A DNA stretch of 64,000 nucleotides from assembly GCA_951406725.2 (NCBI GenBank), contig OX597814.1, positions 215,388,001-215,452,000 of the forward strand, written 5' to 3'. This stretch comes from Octopus vulgaris. Lineage: Eukaryota. Positions 25,843 to 38,429 of this stretch are shown here, piece after piece (the first letter of the stretch is position 1; the number at the start of each line of letters is the position of its first letter). The position numbers and the translations under genes were made by a program. A model generated the notes under the pieces. It was given only the letters and a program-made list of their open reading frames with translations, was not told the DNA's origin and ran no database searches.

Positions 25843-27190
25843 AATAGTTATTAAATTTTTAATAGAATATATTATATCATATATTACATATAGATCAAAA
25901 GCCGCCCGATAAGCCGGCTTTTAAGCTAGCTCCTGTGGAGGGCTCTTCATTCAGCCTTGAGCCCAATAAGGACACTTCATGCATTGAGTACATATTAAAT
26001 TTTATTAAACGTGACCAATATTTTTCAAGCAATGAATAATTTTCGTCAAAACAGTGATATATGTTGACTTGGAACTTATTGCAAAGCTTCATGATAAACA
26101 ATATTTTTTTGTCTTTCCATTCGTGGGGAGGGGGCAGTACAATTCTTTTTTCTGGGTGGGGTGGGGGGGGGCAACAATTCTTTTTTCTGCCTAACCTCTT
26201 TCTTTCTCTCTCTTTGTTTCTATTGATTGTTTTCAACCATCAACATCACCAGTATCACCACCAGCGCCACCGCAACTGCCATACATAACTATTCAGACTT
26301 CTGACGATACCACCATCAACATATTTGACTCGCCGCCTCCTCGTCTACCACCATCACTGTCTTTCACATCCCTTACTATCACCATCATGCTTGACCGCCT
26401 CAGCTACAACCACCAACACCACCACCACCACCATAATCATCACCGTCGCCTCTATCACAACTACAGCTCATACTATTACTATCATCCCCTTAGCATCTCA
26501 GTTATCAATCTACTACCGCCCTCACCGGCTCTATGTCTACTATTACTCTCACCCCAGCAAGAGTAGTAGAAGAAGTGACATTGAATGGTGAGAGAGGAGT
26601 GGGGTCAATGTGTGACACACTGACACACAGAAATTCGTTTTGGCATTCATTATTATAGATTATAAATCAATACTACGTTATTTATGTTAAACACCGTAAT
26701 AATAATTTTATGAATAAATTAGATTGTACTACTTTAGATGACATCTATTAAAATCTAAATCCAAAATCACATGGCGATTATTTGCTACATCAATAATTCT
26801 AAAAATGGATAAACGTCGTAAACTATACAAACTGTGATAGCCATCCTTACTTTGAGTCGTTGGAATCTGTCAAAAATGCAAATATTTCCACAGGAGTCTT
26901 CTCTTTGTGTGTCGTTTTAATGTTCATCAAATACAACAGAAGTCCACAAGTAGAAAAATCGTCAATGCTAATACTTACACCGGTGGTTTTATTGATCTGT
27001 GGAGCATTCGTTGGCTGTATACCTCATTAGTGACTAAGCCATCACTAAGTGTGTTCCCAGTTTGGGGGTTATTGAATCCTATGCCTAATAGCCATCTGAA
27101 GCCCTCATCGAAAGATGTCTAATGAATATCGTTATTAACTTCATTGACATTAACCACATTGCTAGTGACTTTTCCGAATCTTCCTCAGTC

Positions 27191-27581
27191 AGGCGGCGAG
27201 CTGGCAGAGTCATTAGCACGTCGAGTGAAATGCTTAGATTTCGTCTGCCGCTACGTATGCAAATTCCGCCGAGGTACTTAATTTATCGATCCTTTCGGGG
27301 TCGATTAAATAAGTACCAGTTACGCACTGGGGTCGATGTAATCGACTTAATCCGTTTGTCTGTCCTTGTTTGTCCCCTCTGTGTTTAGCCCCTTGTGGGT
27401 AGTAAAGAAATAGGTATTTCGTCTGCCGCTACGTTCTGAGTTCAAATTCCGCCGAGGTCAACTTTGCCTTTCATCCCTACGGAGTCGATAAATTTAGTAC
27501 CTGTGAAACACTGGGGTCGATGTAATTGACTATCCCCCTCCCCCAAATTTCAGGCCTTGTGTCTATAGTAGAAAGGATTAT
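27191..27581 (+). mobile_element. Family A SINE dimer (head + A2 tail, then headless unit + A1 tail)
   Basis: Same junction gggtagtaaagaaata|ggtatttcgtctgcc as at 3487. Confidence 0.9.
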
Positions 27582-28293
27582 TGCTATAAATATCAGGTGT
27601 GAGTAAAGATATAGAACCAGTTAACTGGACTGATCAGAATTAGCTAACCTAACGTAACACGAAGACAGCTTTTAGCCATAGAGAAGTTTATAAATAAATG
27701 AGAACTGAAATGCAGAAGTGTTGATGAGAATAAGTGGTTACCTTTTGTGTCAAGAAACATCAGTGGTAGTAATGGTAACAGTAATACTTTTTAGAAACGT
27801 GAATCTCTTGATAGGTAGTTTATCATCAGTTTCTGCAGTTTTAAGTGGATAAAAGACATCTCTTGAATGCATCACTCTATAGAAAAATGAATTCAGCAGT
27901 GTAGGTTAGCGAAATATCACTGAGTTCCTAGTGTGGTGACTTCCTAATTGAAAGAAAGAATAAATATTTGGAATATATCTTGTAAATACTCGTCTCTCTG
28001 TAACCTGTGCGCGTATGCGTGCACACACATTTTTTTGTTTTGTATCGTCTGCACATTATTTCTCTTTGAAATCACTCGGTAGTTAAGCGCATGTTTTTGA
28101 AGTATATTGAAGCATATCCCAATGGCATAAAGGCGCTGCGAGGCACTGAATGTTTGTCCGTTTTGTGTGGAACTTTGCCGTTTTGGCAATCCAAATTCTC
28201 TATAAATAGTATGTTGGGAATTGAAATAATGACCTACTTCTAATTGCAGTCTTGCCGAAATATTCCGTGTGATCAATTTAGTTATAAGAGATC

Positions 28294-28679
28294 GTGGAGG
28301 CGCAATGGCCCAGTGGTTAGGACAGCAGACTCGCGGTCGTAGGATCGCGGTTTCGATTCTCAGACCGGGCGTTGTGAGTGTTTATTGAGCGAAAACACCT
28401 AAAGCTCCACGAGGCTCCGGCAGGGGATGGTGGTGATCCCTGCTGTACTCTTTCACCACAACTTTCTCTCACTCTTACCTCCTGTTTCTGTTGTACCTGT
28501 ATTTCAAAAGGCCGGCCTTGTCACTCTCTGTGTCACGCTGAATATCCCCGAGAACTACGTTAAGGGTACACGTGTCTGTGGAGTGCTCAGCCACTTACAC
28601 GTTAATTTCACGAGCAGGCTGTTCCATTGATTCGGATCAACCGGAACCCTCGTCGTCGTAACCGACGGAGTGCTTCCAA
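28294..28679 (+). mobile_element. SINE family B, tail 1, full length
   Basis: Perfect 11-bp TSD tataagagatc at 28283-28293 and 28680-28690. Confidence 0.95.
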
Positions 28680-29449
28680 TATAAGAGATCAGTGATATAC
28701 CTCACTACGACTCATTATAGTGTGAAACAAATGTAGCAATTTGCATCGATGTTAGGTATCCGTTTTGATTACAGGTGAATACACGGATGTAATAGGTAAT
28801 AATATAAATAATAAGTATTATATGAATTATATGCATATCTCCGCATATCACTCTAGCTCTCACTAGTCAATGTGTGCAGAAGTCTTGGGTCGTGTGAAGT
28901 GTTCTTTGCGACGAAATTATGTGCATTGCATATTGAATAAATATAAGTTTACTTCCTAATTATTAAATAACAGTTTGTGTGGACATCAATTTCTCTTGGG
29001 CACTGGATGCAAAATCTGTGCAAAAACACGCGCCCACAGTTTAGGGGAGAGAATCCTGTCCATAGCAAATATGCAAGATAAATGTTCCTTCCTCTCTAAA
29101 AGTAATATTAAAAGAACGTAAGAAAGAAAGATAAAGAGATTTACTTTCGATTTCAGCATCGGATGACCAGTATTTTATTTGCCATTTTCCTGCTTATGGC
29201 ACATTCATTCTGTGAATAGACTTGACATTGCTGAGATTGTAAGCTATTATCTATCATACTTCAGGAATTTTATAGATTGTTGAACGTATGAATGTTATTG
29301 ACATAAGGAATACTGAATAGTCTTACCACGCAGATTCCTAATGTTTATACAAGTACTTCAAACATTTGAGAACATTACGACTGTATTATATGAATACTTC
29401 AGAGATTTAGAGTGTAGTTTCTACGACTGACTCAACAGGTGATCCCCTC

Positions 29450-29461
29450 ATATATATATGT

Positions 29462-29507
<46 letters not shown>

Positions 29508-29562
29508 TTGCGTGTATATATATATATATATATATTTATACATATATATATACATATATATA

Positions 29563-29610
<48 letters not shown>

Positions 29611-29616
29611 CATATT

Positions 29617-29684
<68 letters not shown>

Positions 29685-29690
29685 CATCTA
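29450..29690. repeat. Compound (TG)/(TA) microsatellite
   Basis: Direct reading. Confidence 0.95.
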
Positions 29691-30301
29691 TATTTATGCA
29701 TATATTCTTATATATATTATATATATTTATACATACACTCATACAAATACCTAGACAGGCACACACATACTTATGTGGGTGTGTTGTGCACATGTATATG
29801 TTTGTAGTATTTAGCTACCATGTAAGTCACGTGGATGAGCATTGTAAACAAGTATTGATTTTTAAATAGATAAGAAGAGTAAGATATTGCGAGTACAGCA
29901 ATTCTACCTGTTCTCATTTTCATGTTTGTTCAACAGTAAATTAAACTAAAATTTTATAGTTCTACAGAACTGCACAATCGATTGCATGAGATCACATAAC
30001 ATTATTATTATTTCTATGATGATATCATCCGACAATCTGCACGGGTGTACCAGAACTTATGGCCTATCCGGTGAGACTGGTGTGAAAATTGTCATTTTGT
30101 CTTTACATCATCCGCTTAGGAGCCATCCGAGCTAAACTCATGAAACGCGACCTGGTCCAGAGTGAATAACGTATTCATATCGATTTGGGATATATATTTT
30201 TGTGGTATATTTTTATGTTACCATAAAAATGCCAATTACGCTCTGCCGCTCTACTTTTGCATACAACACTCTTCTCTGTTACACATAATTATATATACTG
30301 T

Positions 30302-30352
<51 letters not shown>

Positions 30353-31211
30353 TGATATATATATAATTACAGACATATACATATGTGTAAAGAGAGAGGG
30401 AGAGAGATAAAGAAAGTGCGGAAGAAGAAAGAGAGAGGTTTGTGTATATATATAAATACAGGTGTATAAACACACACACACACATATCCAACTATGTCTC
30501 ATATATTGATTTGTGGCACAATGCCACGCACTTTGAGTAGTTCTCATTCTATCGATCTCTGAAGAACGAAAGGCAAATTTGGCCTTGCTTTGATTCTAAC
30601 TTAGAGCTTAGAGTGACATAGCTCAATGACGAAGCCAAACGCAATTTGTCTATTGCTATCGTTTTTGCCATTCCCCACTCTCGTTGTGTGTAATTATATT
30701 CGTATGTTACAAAAGCAGTGATCAGATCAGTTGAACTGCTTTTTTTTTCTTTTTAATTCTCTTCGGGACTTTAATAGCCTCTTTCGGTGTTCTCCCAATA
30801 TCAATATTGGTTTCTCCCTCAGCTAGCTAGAAATATGTGCCTTCAGTTCTTGTAAATGTATTTCGTTGTTCGTCAATGTCAAATTAATAGTGATAAGGGT
30901 ATGATTTTTAATATTATTTATATAAAAGAAAAAAAAGGTGGTGTATGACAGAAGCCTTCTGCCTTTTAGTTACGTCCCTTGATGTTTTCAGTTTATATTC
31001 AACCAGGTTCGATGTTACCTTTCATCTTTCTGATAAAAAGAAAAGTTACACCATATTTTTCATACATTTATACACACATTTCCATGAATGTACACTCGCG
31101 TGTATATATATATATATCAATATACATATGTATTTAATATATACACACACACATACATACGCACATACATACATATATGTATATATATATATATATACAT
31201 ACATACATATA

Positions 31212-31406
31212 TATAAAATAAATTAGAAATAAAACCACTATTAGGCAAATCAAACAGTGAAAAACATAAACCAAAACATAAAAAATTAATATAATTTTGA
31301 TTTGCCTAATAGTGATTTTATCTCTAATTTAATTTATATTTATACTGTGAAATTGGATTTAATCCTAAATCTAATTTTTCCCTGTAAATTTGGATTTACT
31401 CCCTAA

Positions 31407-31410
<4 letters not shown>
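31212..31410. mobile_element. Fold-back insertion between (TA)n and (TTA)n
   Basis: Arms 31212-31254 and 31296-31338 (43 bp, few mismatches), 41-nt spacer. Confidence 0.65.
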
Positions 31411-31455
<45 letters not shown>

Positions 31456-32278
31456 CATATGTTGGTATGTATGTGTATAAATACATAGATATATGTATTT
31501 GTGCATGTGTTCATGTATATTTAAATGTGCAGGCACCGACCCACAAGCATAAACCACATAGATTATAGTCGACCAGTTTTCTGTACCGTAAACCAATCAC
31601 AGAGTGAAAGTATAACAAACACTCGAAGATGCAGATTTGCAATTATTCTATGCTTATGAAAAATAGAACACTTATGGGATAAACGTTTCTAGATATCTAT
31701 AGAATTTATTAAAGGATAAAGATTAAAGAAGATAGTCAAAGAACACAGTTCTTAAATCTACTACAAAGGTCATTAAAATACTAATATAATTCAGATACCA
31801 AAGGCTGTAGCGTAGCAGAGATGATAGAATCCAGAACTAAACTGCTTAATATATTTTGTTACAGTGGGGACGACTTTAACTTTTAGCTTTACGCGATCGA
31901 TAAAATAGATATCAATTAGAAAATGGACATACACAATTATTTCTTACCCATAAAAGTTGCTATCCTTGGGTCAATGTGAGAAACATTTGAAGTGCCATAT
32001 TCCAAGGGAGATTGCATGGAGCTGAGCTAGAATCTTATTTGTAACAATTTCATTATATTAATGTCGCTCATGTCCTTAAGAAAAACGGGAAACCGTACAA
32101 TCTCTTTTTCCGTCCTCTCATACATTTGCGATCTTGCATCTATGTAAAAAAAAAAGAAAAGAAAAAAAAATCAATATTTCTGACGTTGTCTAAGCAAATG
32201 AATTCTTCCTTGTTTCTCCTTTCTTTACATGTACCAATCATAGAACTGAAGCTGGTACAAATGAAATATTATTGTACA

Positions 32279-32690
32279 GGCGCAGGAGTGGCTGTGTGGT
32301 AAGTAGCTTGTTTACCAACCACATGGTTCTGGGTTCAGTCCCACTGCATGGCACCTTGGGCAAGTGTCTTCTACTATAGCCTCGGGCCGACCAAAGCCTT
32401 GTGAGTGGATTTGGTAGACGGAAACTGAAAGAAGCCCGTCGTATATATGTATATACATATATATGTATGTGTGTGTATATGTTTGTGTGTCTGTTTGTCC
32501 CCCTAGCATTGCTTGACAACCGATGCTGGTGTGTTTATGTCCCCGTCACCTAGCGGTTCGGCAAAAGAGACCGATAGAATAAGTACTGGGCTTACAAAGA
32601 ATAAGTCCCGGGGTCGAGTTGCTCGACTAAAGGCGGTGCTCCAGCATGGCCGCAGTCAAATGACTGAAACAAGTAAGTAAGTAAAAGAGA
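32279..32690 (+). mobile_element. tRNA-derived SINE family C (CORE-like, internal TA/TG microsatellite), full length
   Basis: A box tggctgtgtggtaag, B box gggttcagtccc, CORE-like accttgggcaagt, tail tgactgaaacaagtaa; matches 54809 and 62496 copies. Confidence 0.95.
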
Positions 32691-33700
32691 TTCGTCACTT
32701 CCATATTCTTCTCATTCCCCGAAAGTTGATCTATATGTCGATCCTATTTTCCAATCTGTGGTCATCCTATATTTCTTTTCTTTTTTTTTTCGTACAATAT
32801 ATGGAAGACAGAATTATCCAATTTGTTTTTCCATTTTAAACATCGAAGGAAGTGATCTGAGGATGATTTGATTACCAATTCTAAAATATGTTCACAGCTT
32901 CACCTTCACATACAAACATCATCATATTACTGCTTTCCACACTTTCTGAGATATGTTGCTGCATAACTATAACTTCTATATCAACCACTTTCAGATCTGT
33001 ATCCAAACAAACTAAAAGCCCCACCCCACCAATCTACCTACTCTTCTCTTTATACTAATAGTCCAAAAGAACACGATGCAAAATATAACATCAAACTCAA
33101 CAGCATAAATATTACACACACACACACGCGCGCACAACAGATGAAAATACGCAGAAAGCCACTTCAACGTTTACAGAAGAAAAAGTCAAGAGAAAAAGTC
33201 AGCGCAGAATCATTCTTAGAGCAATCATTGTTCTCACATTCGGTCAAGAGACGTACTCACACAAATACATACATGTGTATTCAGACACACGCACACATAC
33301 ACACAAACACGCATACAAACAATAGCACCCACATACATATTCAGTATTAAAAACTATCATAAATTATGCCTGTCCTACCTAATCATGCATTGTTTTTTTA
33401 CAACCAGTCACTTATAGTAAACAACTAAGCTCACAAAATGACGCACTTCACATTGTATTAGTCTGCACGTCGACATTAGCCAGATTCCCCTGCTACACAA
33501 TCAAATAAAACTACTCCTTAATAACTAAAACTCAATCACACACCGACACTGAGATATATCTACCGCAGCCAAGTAAAACTACGAAGAAGAAGCCTTAATA
33601 CGATCAACCGATTCGTTAGAAATAGCACCGAAATCTCTTAGCAATCCTACTGTACCGTCTTGATATCATATATATACATACGTCTGATCATGTATATCAT

Positions 33701-33990
33701 ATGATATGTATGATCAATAAGTATCTGGTCTGTTACCAAAGTAACGAAGCTAAAGCACGCAGTATAAAGCCGCTTGATACAGATTGATCTTAAACTCTGC
33801 TGTGCATATGCACTAAATTTTAACGTTCTAGCTCACGCCTACTGTTGACAGCAGTGCTTGGAAGGAAAGTGTGTAGCGTGTGATCGTCGCATTGACCATG
33901 ACAATGCGTTGAGCAGAGAATCTGCATCAAATATCTGATACTTATTGATCAGACTTCGTGTACGTGATAATTATTGATCAGACTTCGTGG
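33701..33990 (+). mobile_element. Internally deleted mariner-type element with partly duplicated right TIR
   Basis: tgatcaataagtatc (33711-33725) inverted at 33937-33951; residual VEQRICIK resembling a mariner transposase start; ttattgatcagacttcgtg occurs twice. Confidence 0.65.
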
Positions 33991-34071
33991 GTGTGCGTGT
34001 GTGGATGTGTGTGTGGATGTGTGTGTGTGTGTGTGAAATACAGAGAGAAAGAGAGGCTATGGGTAACGTAA

Positions 34072-34931
34072 GGATCTTTTTGGTTTTTGTCACTGTCTAT
34101 TATTTTGTTCCAATTGTTTTCAAATTTGGTATATGGATTAAGCTTTGTATAGTAATTATGAAAAAAAATTTATTTTCCCCATAAATCCACTATTAAAAAG
34201 TTATTAGCCTTTAAAATTTGCAAAATTTAGGTATTTTAGCTAATCAGAAGCAAGTATTTTACACATCACAGTGCGAAGAACTCTACGTAAGCAAAGAAGC
34301 ACTACGAGTTCCATAGCTGATTGCGAAGAACAATGTTTCCATAGTGAGCAAAGATACTCCGCATGCGCACAAAGAATGTAACCACCACTTGTTCTACAGT
34401 TGTTTGTTTTCATAACCGATGGGACTCACACTCAACAAATTGAAAGTACCTGGGCATCTTTAAAACGTGGAAGCAATCGCCGGTGTGGGACATACCGTTC
34501 CATGGTTGACTCTTATCTTTGTGAATTCATGTGGAGAAGATTTGAGAAAGATAATTTATTTTATAAAACCCTAGAGTGTTTTGTAAACTTTCGTTCTTGA
34601 ATTTTTTAAACTAATAACTGTTTTAAGCAATGTTTTTACTCATTTCTAGCAACTCCTGTTGGTTTGCCCGTTGCTTTTAAATATTTAGTTTGCTCGTAAA
34701 TGTTTTAATGTTTTTCGCTGTTTACTGTAGCTAGTTTAATGTTCTGACATGCCAGTCCCTTCCCGTCCCCGGTGATGGAAGACGCAGCGAACGCGCTGTT
34801 TTCTGTTAGAATGAAAATTCTGAAAATTATCAAACTTTCAACACCTGTAACATTTTCGCAAATTTCTTCTGGAATAAATGAATAACGAATTTAAAGATTT
34901 CGATATGTAGTGATGAAAACCAGAAAGATCC
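34072..34931 (+). mobile_element. Internally deleted Merlin/IS1595-like transposon with transposase C-terminal remnant
   Basis: About 25-bp TIRs ggatcttt(t/c)tggtttt(tg/ca)tcact; 34400-34600 encodes GTHTQQIESTWASLKR...DSYLCEFMWRR, the ISXO2/Merlin HTQ.IE..W and YL.EF.WR motifs. Confidence 0.85.
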
Positions 34932-37076
34932 TAAAACGACGGCCACAACTAGAACCCCTTTGATTACACAGCTGCAATGATGTCGACACCCCAGACGTAT
35001 ATCCAACGCATTTCAGAAGGACTCATAAAACATTTACCTAACTATAGCAGTGACATCAATAACGCCAGTTACCCGAAAGAATATGCAAGGATGAACTCCA
35101 TTGATGCTCAGTGTTGAGAAACTACTGCTGATCTTCATATATAAAATCACAACATAGCGCAGTACACAGTAGGTTCCATTATCAAACTGAGGCATGGCAT
35201 ATTTGGAATAATAGATCTGTTGATCCTATCCAAACATTCGAACTATTTACTATTGCATGTTTCTACTTGTTAAGTACTAATAAAGATGAACAATATTTTT
35301 AGTCTGAAACCAAAGGCAGAAACGAAAGAGGAGTTGAACTGTTTTTTCTCCATTCCTCAGAGCAATTATGTCATCGGTAACATAAGGCTGAATCGATCTC
35401 AGTCTTATATTTATTCAGATGTTGGAAATATATCTTTTTGATACATGAATGGTATTAAGAAACTTCGACATCATTTTGATGTATTTTTTTTCACATCTTG
35501 TTACATTGACAAGCTTTAAGATATCTATCAGTTCTGTCGAAAACTCTACCAAAGAAAATCGACGAACCATCGAACGATAAATATATTTACTTTGTTTGAT
35601 TTTGGTTGAACTCTTGTTATTGATTTAAAAAAAAAAATATTTATTGAATAATACATTTTGATTCATTTCTCGTCTCTCAAACTATTTTCAAATAAAATTT
35701 AATCTGTACATTTTCTCCATTAATATTTTGTCATTTCCACTTGAAAATGATAATGTTTTTGATAACATTAGCATTAAAATATTTACAAACATCACACAAC
35801 TGTCGATATGGTAAGTCTATTTAAGATGATAGAAATAAATGGAAGTAGGAGAATAATCATTTTTCTTTTAATGAGACAAAAAAAAAGAGAAAAAAAGAAA
35901 CGTGAGTAGCAAAGAATGTGGTGCTAATATTTCTATGCCATTATCTGTTCAACAGTAATTTCCAATTTAAAACATGGCTGTTTCATGACAACAATTCGTT
36001 TTCTTTTAAATTGTCTAACCAAAGAACAAATATTTAAATGTCTTTTATAAAGGCAGGCAAGAAAGAATTTTAATGAAAGAAAACAAAACAAAGAAAGAAA
36101 TGTAGAATCCCAATGATCATTTGTTTATTTTTGCTGATGAAAATTCCATTTCTTTATCAGTAGACATTCAACAGGTATACCCAAAAATAGTCGAGAAATA
36201 ATGACTCAATCTCGCAATGCAAAATATTTTGCTGAAAGGCTTTTTGGTAACAGGAGGATATCGTTTTATATCAAACTTCACTTACTAGAGATGATGAGGT
36301 TATTATTTTCTTAAATATTATGTATTTTCCCATAGGTTGTATAATAATGAAATGCACAGAAAAGAAGTATAACAATATTTTCTGACACTTTAGCGTTCTT
36401 ATTCTGATTGGTGTGGGATTCACCGATTCTTGTTTGTAAATATGTTGTTGCAGTACGTAAATCGCCACAAGAGAAGAACCAATGTTACTAACTTAGATCA
36501 TAGGTCTGCTCAATAGCGACAGCATTAAAAATGGTAGAAGGAGAGAGGAAGAAAGAGAGGGCTAGGAAGTGAGAGAAAGAAATAGAGAGATAGAAAGTGA
36601 AAGAGGGATTTTGTGTGAGTATGAATGTGTCTGTTTGTTTGTGTGTGTGTGTGTGTGTGTTTGATATGAGAACGCTATTAATCGGGAAAATAAGACTGAC
36701 AAGTCAAAGCCACCATTTGCGTTTCATCTTTCACCTTGATTCTTTAACATTTTGCTACCAACAGAGAAAGTAACGACTTTGATGAGAAGAAGGTAATACA
36801 ACCACTATTTTCATTTACATTAGAATGAGTATTCAACTTGATTTTCGCATCTGTTTATCTATCTATTATTAGTAGTATGAGAAAACAGATTCTTTGATAT
36901 CTGTTGTAATTGCACATCATCCGCCGGGTACCTCGTGGACTTCTGAGATACATAACGGATATGATGTTCTTAATTCACTGGATGATTATATAATGTCGAG
37001 AAGAGCCATGACTGGATGAATTAAAAAGATGATGGGGTTCTTCTAAATCGTGCACAATATACATTAGGGTTATTTT

Positions 37077-37159
37077 CTCTTCTTCTTCTTCTTCTTCTTC
37101 TTCTTCTTCTTCTTCTTCTTCTTCTTCTTCTTCTTCTTCTTCTTCTTCTTCTGCTTCTT

Positions 37160-37228
<69 letters not shown>

Positions 37229-37283
37229 TTTCTTCCTTAATATTTTTATTTTTCTTCTTCCATCATATTCTTTTTCTTCTTCA

Positions 37284-37330
<47 letters not shown>

Positions 37331-37350
37331 TACTACCACTACTACTACTG
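37077..37350. repeat. (CTT)n/(CTA)n compound microsatellite
   Basis: Direct reading. Confidence 0.95.
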
Positions 37351-37402
37351 CTGCTGCCACTTCTTTTTCTTCTTGCTTCATATTCTTCTTTCACATTACT
37401 AT

Positions 37403-37875
37403 TATTATGGAGTGAGAGAGCAGCGCATGCCATCAAAGCGACACTGGGGTAAAATATACAAAACCCAGTATACCCGTCATGACTACCCATCTGATAAGAG
37501 TACACCAAACGCATGCATTAAAACCATATGTGCTCGACATGGTGATATCGTATCAAGAAAAAAACAACAACGGATAACCTTGTAGGGTGGGCCCAGTTAG
37601 AACTTTCTTCGGTTTGAGTAGCCCATCCTGCCCAATAGGTCCTTGAATGAGGATTGTTTAAGGATGTTAAACAAAACACCCATGTTGCCAGATGTGTTTT
37701 ATTCAAACTCCAAAAGAATTCCTCTCAACACATGGTTATGATGCCCCTCCAATAATTCTGTTCATGATCAGAGATGCACATATTGTCAGCTACCAAGGGA
37801 CATGCTCAACTGGTTAAGGTCAAACAACTGACAAGTAAACTGTCGTATTGAGCAGAATATTTGCTGTAGCCCATC
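37403..37875 (-). mobile_element. Repeat family E (probable non-LTR 3' end, TAA tail)
   Basis: Reverse-complement homolog of 16587-17020; flanked by degenerate (TAA)n on both sides. Confidence 0.7.
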
Positions 37876-37912
37876 ATTATCATCGTCATTATCATCGACA
37901 TTATTATTATTA

Positions 37913-38155
37913 ATCGGCATGCTTGTTACAATCACTTGCCGAGACACACCCGGTGTCCAAGGGCGAGTGAAAGATAAGAGATGTTTTAGTATGACTGAAA
38001 GCTTGGAGGGTGGAGTGGAAGAGGCAGTAGTGAAATATCTTCAATACAACACAGACATTTAAATTGATAGGGTTCTTATGTTGTTAGCAATACTTGCAAG
38101 CGCAATCTTTAGGATTTGTCTGAGACAAGGGTCTCCTGGGATATTATCTGGATGC
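37913..38155 (-). mobile_element. Short 3' fragment of an R4/Dong-type retrotransposon
   Basis: 38059-38154 minus encodes HPDNIPGDPCLRQILKIALASIANNIRTLSI*, resembling the R4/Dong C-terminus (IPG....QK..L...A.ILR..LS*), then a 3' UTR and (TAA)n. Confidence 0.65.
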
Positions 38156-38168
38156 TATTATTATTATA

Positions 38169-38241
<73 letters not shown>

Positions 38242-38384
38242 GTATTAGTATTAGTATTATCATTATTATTATTATTATTATTGTTGTTGTTGTTATTATT
38301 ATCATCATCATTATTATTATTATTATCATTATTATTATTATTATTGTTGTTGTTGTTGTTATTTATCATTATTATTATCATTAT

Positions 38385-38415
<31 letters not shown>

Positions 38416-38425
38416 TGTTGTTATT
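38156..38425. repeat. (TTA)n-based compound microsatellite (retrotransposon tail or target)
   Basis: Direct reading. Confidence 0.95.
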
Positions 38426-38429
38426 GTTT

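Noticed and set aside
27944-28276. 110-codon minus-strand ORF
   Set aside because: Non-ATG start, no recognisable domain or clear splice boundaries
34400-34600. IS1595-like peptide suggesting bacterial contamination or HGT
   Set aside because: Eukaryotic Merlin elements share these motifs and the context is entirely animal repeats
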